This document shows positions 12,641 through 25,164 of a stretch of 64,000 nucleotides of DNA, one piece after another. Position 1 is the first letter of the stretch; each line of letters begins with the position of its first letter. Source of the stretch: Takakia lepidozioides (Eukaryota > Plantae > Bryophyta); NCBI GenBank assembly GCA_030704615.1, contig CM060732.1, forward strand, positions 39,184,001 to 39,248,000, written 5' to 3'. Made by a program: the position numbers and the translations under genes. The notes below the pieces were generated by a model, which ran no database searches, was not told where the DNA came from, and saw only the letters and a list, made by a program, of their open reading frames with translations.

Positions 12641-13693
12641 TTCATAGGACAAGCACGTATATATTTTTGGGTGCGTGGTCAACTTGTGGGGAGAAGAAAA
12701 CGCAATTAGCTGAAAGCCATCATCTTGCGGGCTCTACCTAACCGTTGAGTTCTGCAGCTTGCTTGTGCTACGAACTTACAGTCATGTGAGCAATCCGCTT
12801 GGGAGAGCACTTTGAGCGGCTGTAAAGCACAACACTGTGTCCCCAAATGTAGGATTGCTTGTTTATCATCTCATGGTGTCCAAGGGCTGTAAATTGTGTT
12901 AATAGGCGCAAGACTCTAGTGGATTCAGGAAGCTTTATAAAACAGAAAGAAGGGGAGGAACACTGTATGTTTTGCCAATTCAAGAAGAGAATAAGCCCGG
13001 GGTGGCAGAGTAACTTGCATTCCATATGGCATGTGGCTTCCTTACGAGTCTAATGGAGTGTGAATTGAGCGAGAGTTCTTTGATTGTGGGTGCAAGTTAT
13101 CATCAGTTGTATGTGATCTCAGTCCCTTCATGACTTGGCTAATCAGTAAGTAGTAGATGGTGGGATTACGGTTTTAAGTAATAAAGTGTCGTCTGTCAAG
13201 GTATTGAAGGAACATAAAAAGGTGGCAGTAACGACAACCCAACGACAATCATCATTATTTTCAAGCCCTAACCGTGCTTGGGTTGCTGCTAACTAGAGAT
13301 GGATGGATGACTCACTGTAAATCTCTGAACGATGAACGTATGGATGGTGAATGGATGGAGACAAGTTATGTTTAGATTTTTAGGCTTCAATGTAAACCAT
13401 TCATTCATTGAACTAGGCATCCAATATTGAGGGCTCTGTTTTCTTTTTCTTTTTCTTTTTCCTGTTTCCGTTGTCTATTTAGGTGATTTCAATTTTAAGA
13501 CATCGGAGCTTCTTTTTTGTTTTTCTGGAAAATTGTACAACCATTTCGAGCACGAAGGAGTGAGTTAATCTGAACCACTAATTTGATTGAATCTCTTGTA
13601 GTTGAAGCTTGTTTACAAATGATCTCTGACCTAAGTTCAATCTCTTCAAATTCAAGTTTGACTAATGACGACGGGCTAGGTAATAATTAGGCT

Positions 13694-13800
13694 TTCTTTT
13701 TTCTTTTTTCTTTTTTAAAAATTTAAAGGGGATGGAGGCCCTGCAAATCATATTAATAATAAAATGTTACAGCTGGAGGAAAAAATAACCTCCCAGCTTT
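13694..13800 (-). mobile_element. Short non-LTR retroelement 3'-end remnant
   Basis: The minus strand reads CAGGGCCTCCATCCCCTTTAAA followed by an A-rich tail, matching the terminus at about 11615-11635. Confidence 0.4.
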
Positions 13801-13933
13801 CTTGAAACCCAGTGAATCTCTGGACACTTTTCTTTTTCTTTTTTTAAGAAAAGAAAAATCTGTGAAGACTACTATGGTGCGTAGCAACTGTTATGTTTAT
13901 CAGTATGCTATTTAAGGCTTTGGATTGAGTCAC

Positions 13934-13941
13934 TATATAAA
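13934..13941 (+). promoter_or_regulatory. TATA box of the Pro/Gly-rich gene
   Basis: TATATAAA about 125 bp upstream of the ATG at 14063. Confidence 0.6.
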
Positions 13942-14062
13942 CGAAGGCTTGGAGTGGCTTACCAACAATTTGTGTGGGCGTGAGCTTGCTATAGGTCTGG
14001 GAAGGGAGGAAGAGGTGAGTCTAGGTCTAGCTAAAGGATTGATTGCTTGCCCATTGCTTGCA

Positions 14063-15403
14063 ATGAAGACTGTACAACGGATTCGTATGGTGCCTTTCCT
14101 CTTGTTTCTGATTTTCTTAGTAGGGATTGTGCAAGCCGATTGTCGTACAGCTGTTGCTGGTACTATTGTTGATAATAAAGCTCGTCCTTGCGATTTGGAG
14201 AGTGGAAGTGGAGGGGTTGGGACCAAACATGATTCAGAGAGTGTAGTGGTGGGTGACACTAGCAGTAAAGCTCGTCCATCCGATTTGGAGAGTGAAAGTG
14301 AAGGTGTTGGGAACAAGCATGACTCAGAGGAGGGTGACAGCGGTCCAAGATTTCCCGGTGGGCCTTCTCCTCTTCCAGAAGCTGTGGCATGGGCAAGTGG
14401 GTATGGTAATCTGAAGTATTTCGACGCTAAACATCCATTTTGGCATCTTCCTCCGTTTGGAAGTTTTGGACATTTCGGAGGTTATCCAGGTTTATTTCCC
14501 GGTGGCGGCGGTCTAGGATTTCCCAGTGGTGGCTTTCTAGGATATCCTAGTGGTGGCGTTCCAGGATATCCCAGTGGTGGCGTTCCAGGATATCCCAGTG
14601 GTGGCGTTCCAGGATTTCCCAATGTGCCTCCTCCAGAAGTTGTGGCATGGGCAAGTGGGTATGGTAATCTGAAGTACTTCGACGCTAAACATCCGTTCTG
14701 GCTTGCTCCTCCGTTTGGAAGTTTTGGACATTTCGGAGGTTATCCTGGGTTGTTTCCCAGTGGCGGCGGTCCAGGATATCCCAGTGGTGGCTTTCCCACA
14801 TATCCTAGTGGTGGGGTTCTAGGACAGCCCAGTGGTGGCGTTCCAACATATCCCAGTGGACAGCCCAGTGGTGCAGGCGTTCCAACATATCCCAGTGGAC
14901 AGCCCAATGGTGCAGGCGTTCCAACATATCCCAGTGGACAGCCCAGTGGTGCAGGCGTTCCAACATATCCGAGTGGACAGCCCAGTGGTGCAGGCGTTCC
15001 AACATATCCGAGTGGACAGCCCAGTGGTGCAGGCGTTCCAACATATCCTAGTGGACAGCCCAATGGTGGCGTTCCAACATATCCCAGTGGACAGCCCAAT
15101 GGTGGCGCTCCAACATATCCCAGTGGTGGGGTTCCAGGACAGCCTAGTGGTGGCGTTCCAACATATCCCAGTGGTGGAGTTCCAGCATATTTTAGTGGTG
15201 GCATTACAGGACAGCCCAGTGGTGGGGTTCCAGCATATTTTAGTGGTGGCGTTACAGGACAGCCCAATGGTGGGGTTCCAGCATATTTTAGTGGTGGCGT
15301 TCCAGGACAGCCCAGTGGTGGGGCTCCAACATATCCCAGTGGTGGGGTTCCAGGACAGCCTAGTGGTGGCGTTCAAGGACATCCCAGTGTGCCTCCTCCA
15401 TGA
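14063..15403 (+). CDS. Secreted Pro/Gly/Tyr-rich repetitive protein (446 aa, single exon), putative cell-wall structural protein
   Basis: ATG at 14063; signal peptide VPFLLFLIFLVGIVQA-DC; duplicated KARPxDLESxSxGVGxKHDSE; two copies of an approximately 48-aa aromatic module; many YPSGG/YPSGQPSGAGVPT repeats. The frame stays open through all repeats. Confidence 0.85.
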   Translation: MKTVQRIRMVPFLLFLIFLVGIVQADCRTAVAGTIVDNKARPCDLESGSGGVGTKHDSESVVVGDTSSKARPSDLESESEGVGNKHDSEEGDSGPRFPGGPSPLPEAVAWASGYGNLKYFDAKHPFWHLPPFGSFGHFGGYPGLFPGGGGLGFPSGGFLGYPSGGVPGYPSGGVPGYPSGGVPGFPNVPPPEVVAWASGYGNLKYFDAKHPFWLAPPFGSFGHFGGYPGLFPSGGGPGYPSGGFPTYPSGGVLGQPSGGVPTYPSGQPSGAGVPTYPSGQPNGAGVPTYPSGQPSGAGVPTYPSGQPSGAGVPTYPSGQPSGAGVPTYPSGQPNGGVPTYPSGQPNGGAPTYPSGGVPGQPSGGVPTYPSGGVPAYFSGGITGQPSGGVPAYFSGGVTGQPNGGVPAYFSGGVPGQPSGGAPTYPSGGVPGQPSGGVQGHPSVPPP

Positions 15404-16105
15404 GCTGTGACATGTGCAAGTATTGGTTATGGTAATGAGGTGTATTGCATTACTAAAAATCCATAGTACCATTCTCCTCAGTTAGAAACTATGGCATTGG
15501 CAAGTGGTCATGGTTATCCATGATTTTCAGTAGAAGGACTAGGATGGATTGCATATCCGACCCTTCAAGGCTACAAGATTGCCTAGTCACAGAAATGTAG
15601 GTAGCTGAAACATTAGAAGTTTTTTTTCCATCTTGTATGTCAGCCATTTCATTTGAATCAAATCAAGAATTGTCATGGACTGAGTTTTCTTTCCCCACAG
15701 TCACTGTTGTATGATTGTTGACAATGGTCACTGGTCTGGATAGTAGAAAGCCCAACATATATCACTCTGGGCTACAAGTGACCTCAATCTACATAACATA
15801 TATGGGAAGATGACCGATGGTGTGATTGCACAACGTGACAATGAAACAAATGAGGTGTAAGGAACAAGAGGTCCATGTTGTGCCACACGCCCCATAAAGG
15901 ATGCCAAAACTCCATCACAATCTTTACTATATTTCTTAGACCATCAGCCACGCAAAAGAGGAAGAATGGCTCCACTATTTGATCGAGACCGACTTGATTG
16001 CAAACATGCATTAAACCCGGAGATGCAGACAGGGATCGCCATCACTTGCACACCACCAGCAAGCGGAAGAGATCTGTACAGGGTTGACAGAAACCAAATT
16101 AGCCG

Positions 16106-16212
16106 TTTTGCATGTGAAGAGTTTCGTGTGGTCATCCGGTTTGGACGGAAAACAGAGGGTTTTGCATGTGAAGTGTTTGGTGTGGTCATCCGTTTTGGAC
16201 GAAAAACAGAGG
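16106..16212 (+). repeat. Two-copy tandem repeat of about 54 bp
   Basis: TTTTGCATGTGAAGwGTTTsGTGTGGTCATCCGkTTTGGACGrAAAACAGAGG occurs twice. Confidence 0.85.
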
Positions 16213-16708
16213 ATGAAATGTTGTCAGGGCCGCAGGAGATGCGGGGACAGCCGCGCGGTGCAGAGCTTCCTGCACACACTCAACGTGCAGGAGTGATCTG
16301 TGGCGTTTTCTGCTCTGTCAGATCACTTATGCAGAAGCTCTCGGCATTGTTTCGGTGGTTCATTTGAATGTGAATGTGGGTTTTGAACAAGAAGCACATT
16401 GGGAGCACCGGACCCGGCATTTGTTTGTCAAATTTTTGACGATCGGGAGACTGCGTTGGGGAATCTACACTTTTCGATAGTGAAGTGAGTTGATGATCTA
16501 ATCCCTGCGACAATGGTCATGTTTTGAGAAAAGTAGTACTTAGAGAGTTGCGTGTTAGAAGTCACGTGAAAGCAATGAAAAGAGGTGCAGATTTTTCAAC
16601 TCATATATGACATGGGTTTAGTGTTCTCCCAGAGTCTGTGCCCGATGCCATGTCGATAATGCTGGATGGATACTAGCTCAGGGTAGGTTGCCTATCTGTG
16701 GAGAAGCA

Positions 16709-18086
16709 ATGGCGGAGGCGAAGGGAGCTCTGGTGACAGTCATGATTCTCCTGGCCATGTTCGCAGTGGTGCAGATCGACTATTCGGAGGCCTTTAGAAA
16801 TATTGACGAGGGCTTTCACGGGTCTCACGTGACCGGTAAACTCGCATTCACCACAGCGCAATAGTATAACGGGTGGGCAGGGTTCGTTCTGATAGCGTTT
16901 GGAGGGGCATTTGTTGGGATGGCTCGCAAGTTGACCTACATTGAATGTTGTAACACTTGATTCAAAATCTTTATGAGTACCTCACCCCCTCTAAAGTTGC
17001 AGGTTCTCTGTGATCTCAAACGCACATCTTGTTCTGTTGCAGGAGAAGATGTGAGTCAGCAAGACTGGGATGTTGAAGGAGCAGACGTGGGGGGCAGGAC
17101 TTTACTTCAAGCACTCAGACGTAAGGCTTATCCCTAAGACGAAGTTGTCACATGGTTTATGGCATTGATGAAATGTTGGTTTGATCTAAAGCTGGAGAGT
17201 TTTCTTCTGTCTTGCAACTATACACGGGATTGCTGTAACTCAGCTGGTGCTTTATGTCTTCCTATATCCTTGTTCCTCTCTTGGGGTCATATCTAGGAGG
17301 AAAGAATGGGTGGGCACGTGAGGAGAAAATGGGGTGTAGAGAGGAGATTGATATATCTACCAAGCTGGATTTACCGTGCCTTGTGTGGATGGATGAAGAC
17401 AGATTCAAATGTATTTGTCCTGCTTGGTTTCAGCCTCTTGACCTTTAGCCATGAAACGGAAAAGCCTATCAGATGGTTTCTTAATGCTCCTCTTTCTTAT
17501 TCTGGGTGGAACAGGAGTGTACGATTTAAGCCATAGATTAGGTTTTACATGGTTGAATCTTCCCTCTGGATACTGGAAAACAATTGGGAAGCTGTGGTGC
17601 AGGGTGAATGTCTGTGAGGCCGCAACATACACGTATGAGTGCATTCTCTCTCTCTTTCTGTCTCTCTCACACACTTGACTTCTTGTGTGAACAGAATGCC
17701 CGATAAACTTCGGCTTACAAAACTACTCGTCCATCCTAAGCGTGTGCAAGGCACCTGATTATCCAGTAGGCCCCTGCTGCGGTTCCTTTGTCAATTTTAC
17801 ATGCCAATTTTTGACGTACTTCAACGATCAATCAACCAACTGCGCCACTTCTCTTTTCTCGTATCTGACCATGGAAGGCAACTATCCTTCTGGTTTATTT
17901 GCTAGTGAATGCCATGGTGGTTCCCAAGGTCTCGCGTGCCCTACAACTACTACAGTCTCGCATGCACCAACACTGAGGCCACTTCAATACTCTTCAGTCA
18001 CGCTGTTTGTTTTTGCAATGCTCTTGTTCTTGCTTTCCCAAGAGCTACACCTGCTCTTTCCCTCTCTCAATTCATGGGCCACATGA
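16709..18086 (+). CDS. LLG: LORELEI-like GPI-anchored protein, 3 exons (16709-16835, 17043-17120, 17695-18086)
   Basis: Signal peptide; GRTLLQA; CPINF..NYSSILSVCKAPDYP..CC..F..C..NDQSTNCATSLFSYL..GNYPSGLFASECHGG..GLAC (the 8-Cys LLG pattern); hydrophobic C-terminal GPI signal; in-phase GT-AG introns. Confidence 0.93.
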
Positions 18087-19364
18087 TGGCGCATACGTGT
18101 AAATTGATTTAGTTTTTTTAGGGTTGATGCAATCTTAGCTTTTAACATTCATGTTGACAGATGCCACATGTTACGCTAGTCCATCTTCCTGTTCATTGAA
18201 CAGAGCTTGTTGTGAGTGCTGCAAGGCCATCCCAGTCATTTCAAAAAGAATGGAATGTAACCTTGTGCCAAGTAATGTCCCTCTGGCCGGGAAGATAATT
18301 TTTTTGGCTGTGTCCTGCTCTTTCCCCTCCATTGCTTTTCTCAGGCTGTGGGAGAGTGTTGAGAGGAGAGTAAGATTTATTCCCCAGTTCATGTTGCGAA
18401 GATTGTCTCTGGGAAGGATCCTAGATATATATACTACTGCTACTGTTTCAGTTGTCAAAGAGAGGCAGATACTCTGTCTGAAATTTGGCATGTCGAATGT
18501 TTTACTGGAGGTGAGAGGCTAGGATTTGTGGACAGGGACAACCTAGCAGTTGTCTGTGTTCTGTTGTATCTGGAGCACATTGTGAGAGCAGATTCGCTTT
18601 TGTGAAACTGAGTACTCTCCGGGCTGTCAATCTGCTGTCTATCTGTCAATTTGCCACTGCGGTTGAATCAGAAAGGAAAGGGGACCTTTTGTCCTCTCAG
18701 ATGCTGTCAAGCAGACACAACCCCCCACCAACTTACACAATGACAAAGCATAGGATCCGGGTGGAGCAATCCCCTCAGTAAGGATAGGGAAGTTCAGCAC
18801 CTTCAGTTCCATCCTCACTCCTCCCCAGAGTTTCACTTTAGGTACGAAAGTGCAGAGCCATACTCAGAGCGTCTTACACTCACATTTCAAGCAAAATGCA
18901 AACATCCCAGCAATCCACAGAAATCTCTGGCATCCACAAACGGCAGAGAAGAAACAAGCTGCATACACGAATCCATCTCTCCCTCACACACATGACTCGC
19001 ACTTCGGACTACCAGAATCAAAAAGATTTTGGATTTGAGAACCCTCCGAGGGAAAGAGGCACGAACGAATTCAGGTGAAGGGATTTCTCTGAAGAAGATT
19101 GAGGATCCCAATACGCGCACCGGTTTGTAACGGACCGGCATTTAGCGGTTAGTGGACGGGTACCTTGCCCTCAGCTCCATCTTGCTGCTACACCTCACCA
19201 GCCATGGAGGGACGACGCAATGCCTAGGTCCGATGCCACCGCATCATCTGCGGTTGCATGGAAGATTAGGATTGTAGAGTATGTATTCGTAGAGAAGTGA
19301 AGGAAGGGGAGGAGAAGTAGATGGTGGGTTGAGAGGAACAGCGGGGCGTCCAGCACTTGAGAGA

Positions 19365-22300
19365 ATGAGCAAGAACGGTAACAGTAAGCCGGCAATGGGA
19401 ATTGGTGGGGAGGAATTTGAGCTGTCGAAGGAGGTGCTGACAGTGCTGCCATCGGATCCCTATGAACAGCTGGATGTGGCGCGTCGCATCACGGCCATGG
19501 CCGTGGCTGGGAGGGTTTCCAAGGTGGAGTCGGAGACTGCAAAGTTGCGCCAAAAGCTGGCAGAGAAGGAGCAAGTGATAAATGGCTTGCAGGAGAGGGT
19601 GATGGAGGCTGAAATGACTATGCAAGAAACCACTGCCAGGCTCTCACTTGCATTGGATGAGCAGGTTGGATTATCCTTGGTCGATCCTTTCTATCTGTCT
19701 TTCTTTCCTTGCTTCAAAAGTTGTATCGCTCATCACCAGTTTTACTAAATGTCCTCTTTCTACTTGTTCTTGCAGTTGGGTTCACAAAACTTTTGCTTCT
19801 TGTTTCTTGTCTGCTTTCCTTTGCTTGTCTTTCTTGGTAAAAGTCATGCATTCAAATATACAATTAGCACCAATCCTCCTCTTTACGTTTGTAAAAATTG
19901 TCTCATGTTGGACTTCCTTCTGTCTTGTTATGATGTTGTGTTGGACATCGTTCTGTGAGCACATTTTCCAGGATTTTGTGTTTGCGCACCAATTCTGTTT
20001 CTGAATGCCGCGGTATAACTTTTCTTATTCAAACGTGCTCCAGTTTCCTCAGGCAGTCCCCCTGATTGTGGCCTCCCCCCGTCTGTTTCTTTGCCTGATC
20101 CGGACGTTGTACCCCCAGCTGCACCTCCGACATTACATCCTCAACCACCTCCACTTTCATCTCCTCCGCCAGCAGTACCACCTCCACCACCACCACCACC
20201 ACCTCCACCTCCACCTCCACCTCCACGTGCATGTGCCCCCCGAACCCCTAGGAGGGGTCGGCTTCCTATCCCCAAAGCAAGAGAGTGTTATTTGTTCTAT
20301 TGCCTCATCCTACCTGGTGGGCTTTTTCTGTGGGTGGGTCCATGCATTTTGTTGATATTTTCCTGTCTTGTTTACTTAATCAATCTCGAAATCCACAGTG
20401 CTGTTGGTTTCCTTGTGGCAGGCGAAGCACACTAGCGAAAAGAATGTGTTAGCAGCACAGGTGAAGAAGCTCATGCGCGACGTTTCAAAGGTGGGTTTAA
20501 GAGGTTTGTGTTTGCAAACAAGTGACTGTGGTGGTTATCACATCTATGCGGATTAGTGAGTGGCTTCAGAATCTTAGTAAGGGATGCCAGAAGTCAGATC
20601 TATAGATGTAAGGTGGTGGAGGAGCTAATTCTTGCTTTGGTAGTCGACTTAACAACTCAGTGCTCCCATTACATCACCAAGTGTCGTCGTATCAATGCCC
20701 CTTATTTCCAAAATGCCAATAGGGGACATCTGTTTCCAGGTGGACTGTTGCAGTGGAGAGAGGACCAGCCTCAGTTATAACTGCTGTTGATTTCTTAAAT
20801 TGAGTTCACCTACATTAGTCAAAGAGGAGTTTGCACAACATGTACCATGTCCCTTGGGCTGTCTCCACTTATGCAATTCATCCTCCTTTCCTCTATGGTT
20901 ACGAGCATAGGGGGAGGACTAAGCAGTTTTTTATGGAGCTTCTGGATTATCCTTTGTTACTGAGAAGTTTGTCCAGTTTCCTGTCTTCAGATTTTTCATG
21001 GATGGACTTTGCAAGCTGTATGTGTGACAGGGAGGGTTCACTTCTAATCACATGGTGACATTTTTGTAAATGTTCTCACACTGTCAAAGCCATCTGGTGT
21101 TTGTCAGTTGCAAACGTTTAAGCAGACATTGATGCAATCACTCCAAGAAGATGACGAGATTCCAGCTGTAGGTATTCTCATCACTGGCTTCTTGGACAAG
21201 CGCTGGTTTCTCTAAGGCAATTAATGCAGGCCAAACCAAGGCAGAAAATTTCAGCTGGGCCAAGTCAGTTGACTAACTTGGTTGTGAATATTTTGATTTC
21301 ATAGTTGTAAGGCACCATAATTATTCCCATACAAAACTTTCCAGAAAACCCTCCCAACTCCAGCATTGAGACCTCCCACACTTTGTATCGGATATGCCGA
21401 GAGAATCTTGAGGTCTGTGACGTTGCCTGGGGGTTGAAGAAGAGATTTGGCTTTTGGCAAATATATGTCTGCTTGAGGTTCTTATGCGTTCGGGGGAGTT
21501 TTCTTTGTTTACATTTGTGAGAGCTAGAAGGCTTCTTATTTATAGTAGGGTGGCCCTGAGCTAGTCCGATACTCTGACTAATATTACAAGTGTGATGGAT
21601 CTGTGATTGGATTTCTGACTGTATATGGCCAGGTTGGAGGTGGAGAGAAGCAGCCAAGTGAAAAGTCCAATGCAGCTATGAGAAGGGCCTCACGTAAGTG
21701 GGTTGGGACTAAAAGTTCATGCTTGAGGCCTCGTTTATATTCAGGGAAGTTGTTTGGTCAACAGATGCATGTCGGTGTCATGTAACGTAGTAAAGGCAGG
21801 AGTGAGCCCAACTACATGCAGTTGGATTGTTATCCAATCCATGGCACATATATGTGACATCCTGTCCCAAAAGCATTCTGCTCTTCATGAGTTCTGATTG
21901 TTGCTAGAGGTCATGTGATATGCTACCTTGACTTTCGGCATTTCCCCTTGTTAGGGGTTTGATATTGCAATGCTTCAGCCCTGTTCCTTGTTGCTGGATA
22001 TGTCAATCCCCTTTACTGAAGTGAAAAAAATCTGTTTTTTACTCTCAAAGTAAGATTGTTCAGCTTGGATGGAAAAAAAATTATGCCTATTGATTGCCAC
22101 CCATTGTAGTTTCTGATTTTCCTGTTGAGTCACTACAAGGTTACTTGTGTAAATACATGCTGATGTTTTGAGAATGCATTTATCTAATATTCCAGATGCT
22201 GGATATGTCATCCCCTTTGCTGAAGTGAAAAAAATCTGTTTTTTACTCTCAAAGTAAGATTGTTCAGCTTGGATGGAAAAAAAAATTATGCCTATTGATT

Positions 22301-25164
22301 GCCACCCATTGTAGTTTCTGATTTTCCTGTTGAGTCACTACAAGGTTACTTGTGTAAATACATGCTGATGTTTTGAGAATGCATTTATCTAATATTCCAG
22401 ATCCACTGGCCGGTCATGAAGAGGTTTGTAGCAGCTAGTCAAGCTGTGCATGAGATTTTGGTGTGTCTGATAGTTAGTGACTGAACCTCATGAGGTTAAG
22501 ACCGCACTTTCTCAGTCCAAACGTGAGTCTGGTGCTGACTGTCTTGGCTCTACTTGCGGAGGACAGATATATCATTCATTAATCAGTTTGTTGGCTTCAC
22601 AGAGCATGTTTATTCGTGTATGACTGAGAATAGTGGCCAAACTGCCAAGGCACCTACGTCGACTACTGCAGAGCCTGCTACATCGCAGGAAGATGAGGAT
22701 CAACCGGAAACTGATGGTGTGTCTTCAGAATCTTCATGGGATGGAGGGAACATGTTAATTCCATTTCAAAGTATTGTGGTACACATGCTCAAGCGGGGCA
22801 TTGCTTGTCATCAGCTTGTTAAGCACTTTGCTTGAGGACACTCAGTCAGTGATCTTGTCAGGAGCATCTTTGCATCTGACGTCATGAAGCCTGTTGCACA
22901 TGCTATCCAAAGGGTTTAAGTCTACACCTGAACATCAGTTCCTATCTCAAATCTCCCTGTACATGTGAAGGATTTGTGTGCAGTCATCCATTATAAGTTT
23001 CATATGTATCCAAGATCAGGATATGGTAACCGTAACGTAAAATAATGGTTCAGAACTGTTCTTTAAGGAAGAAAAGAAATGCAGGGGTGTGCATGCACTT
23101 ACACTGGTTCCTGGTGTGCAGATAGTCTAAAAGATCAGACTCCTCTCTTGCAGTGTAATTATGCGCAGTTTTTTTATTGATGGTGGGTTCGGGAGTAGGC
23201 ACAGCATCAAAGCCGCCCAGACAGCGCTCATCACGCTCATCAACCCCGCGTCTCACCCCGCAGCTAACCCCCTCTGGTTCACCGCGGCAATCAGTAAGAG
23301 CGTCACCACAGCACATGTCAGCTAGTGAGAATCACAGGGTCCCGCTTCCATCATCGCAGCCGACCAGTCAGTCCACTACAGCACCAAATTCTCCACCAAA
23401 CCGCAGCTCCCTGCCAAGTCTGGCTTTTCTTTCCTTGATCGCTTCTGTGTCTTCCTCTGTTTGCATCTGGCTTACTGTTGAAGGATTCAAATGAAATGAA
23501 GGGGGTCGATGATGCCAACAGCTACATGCCTGGCTCCTCTAGACTTTTACCATGACCGGCAAGCGTGGGGAGTTTAGGGTGCACATGAAGGATGCCAACA
23601 CCATCCTGAGCTAGCAACCCAAAGCATGGAAGTCATACTTTACTGGTGAAACAACAGCTAACGCTCTTTAGCTATGAAGTCTCAGTCACTGAAACATTTC
23701 TTTCTGTTTGTGTTTACTTGTTGGCAGCCCGCACACCCCGTGTCGATGGCAAGGAGTTTTTCCGCCAAGTCAGGTGTGTGCCAAAACATTTATGGCGGCC
23801 ATTCACCCCAATGGTTATGAGTCTCTATGGCTACTATGCAATATGTTGGTCAGGCCTAAATTGCTCTTATGCACACTGATCTCAGCCACAGAGAGCGTGG
23901 TACAGTTAATGTAAAACCTGCAATTTAACCATTTCCTTTTTTCTGTGATAGTCTGCTCAGTATTGTGCTCCTAGCAGTTTTGGCATTGTTGATGTGTGTG
24001 AAGAAATCCACTGCTAGCAAAGGTTTATCAGTTGCAGGCCAACCGAATAAAGCTGACATACCTCGCAAATTTTTAGGTTCTCCCTGCACACGTGACTTGC
24101 CATGCTATGATGGCAGAAGTCAAAGAGGCAAGCTGCCCACTTGTAAATGTAGCCCTAATCAATAATTAGATTATGTTTTGCGTAACTCGTTCCGTTTATT
24201 ATAATTGTGTGGAGTGGGACGGGACATTAGAGCTGAGGTCACCAGCTATGTTTTGAGTGCTCTAGAGAAATCTTTGGTGCAGAAACCGATTGTCATATGA
24301 GCAATTCAGTTCATTTCTGGCCAATATCAAGGAGCTCAATGCGCACCGGCAGACTCGAGAGGTATGGTTCAGCTTCATCTCAGCTCAATTTCTTGATCCT
24401 ATTGCTTTGGTGAGAGAGCACTCTCTCAAGACCCACTAAAATTAGGTGGCGAGGAGACCCAGGTACGTCCACTTGTATTGCAGGCCACTTCCTGGAGGTG
24501 TAGTAAAGTCGTTCAACTTTATTTGGCAGTCTGGTCGAGAGTTTCATTCTGTCAAGGGTTCTGAGAATTGACAGATTTGCGGATACTTCTATGAAAGCTC
24601 AGCCTGTCAGCACATTGGTTTTTGGATGTGGAGGTGGATCACATGAAATTTGCACATGTTTTGGTGGATCTAATCACAGTGGTCCCTGGACACAGTTTGT
24701 TTTGTGAAAAGCCACAATTTTCAGGCAGGCATCAGACAACATGGGGATGGTGCTTTTTACCACTCTACATACCCCGTCTTTAGCACAAGAAAATGGATAA
24801 ATTTACAAAGTGGTAATTGCCATTTGTATGTCACTCAAGTTGCATTCAGAACTGTGTATCAAATCAGTTATCCAGTCTTCTGCCATGAGAGGAATAGTGT
24901 ACTTGCTTGCCCTTGTACAAATTTCTATTCAGTAGGATTATTCGAGACCTTTTCTGAAACTTTTGAGAAAGAAGTTTGAGAGGTTTGTCAGTGTGCCAAT
25001 GGAAGGTCCACAGGGAGTGGTGAACTTTTTTAGTCACAAAGATTGTGGCTAATACATGCTCACTGCAGGAGACGCTGAGGAAGGCCAATGAAACTTTTGG
25101 GCCTGCAAACGAGGACTTGTATGTAGCCTTTGATGGGCTTCTTAGTCGCCATCTTCCCTCGTAG
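19365..25164 (+). CDS. At4g15545-like / NAI2-interacting (NAIP) family coiled-coil protein, 9 exons (19365-19664, 20422-20490, 21108-21167, 21633-21693, 22603-22716, 23199-23417, 23728-23773, 24283-24361, 25069-25164)
   Basis: VLPSDPYEQLDVARRIT, VKKLMRDVSK|LQTFKQTLMQSLQEDDE, TPRLTPQLTPSGSP, and RVDGKEFFRQVR|NRLSYEQFSSFLANIKELNAHRQTRE|ETLRKANETFGPANEDLY. All junctions are GT-AG and in phase. Confidence 0.93.
20140..20226 (+). repeat. (CCA/CCT)n trinucleotide tract in intron 1
   Basis: Visible CCACCACCA and CCTCCA repeats. Confidence 0.85.
21992..22402 (+). repeat. Near-identical tandem duplication of about 205 bp in intron 4
   Basis: TGCTGGATATGTCA...TAATATTCCAGA starts at 21992 and again at 22197, with only a few differences. 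Confidence 0.95.

Noticed and set aside
13925-14062. N-terminal extension of the 492-aa ORF in the track
   Set aside because: It starts at TTG and overlaps the TATA box. The ATG at 14063 directly precedes the signal peptide.
14830-15080. Regular 39-bp repeats as a CRISPR array
   Set aside because: No unique spacers, the unit is a multiple of three inside a eukaryotic CDS, and there are no cas genes.
14537-15472. Overlapping repetitive ORFs in other frames and on the minus strand (GTPPLGCP, LERLHHWAVH, AFQHIPVDSP repeats)
   Set aside because: Shadows of the in-frame tandem repeats. Only the Gly/Pro frame has a signal peptide, a TATA box and non-repetitive modules.
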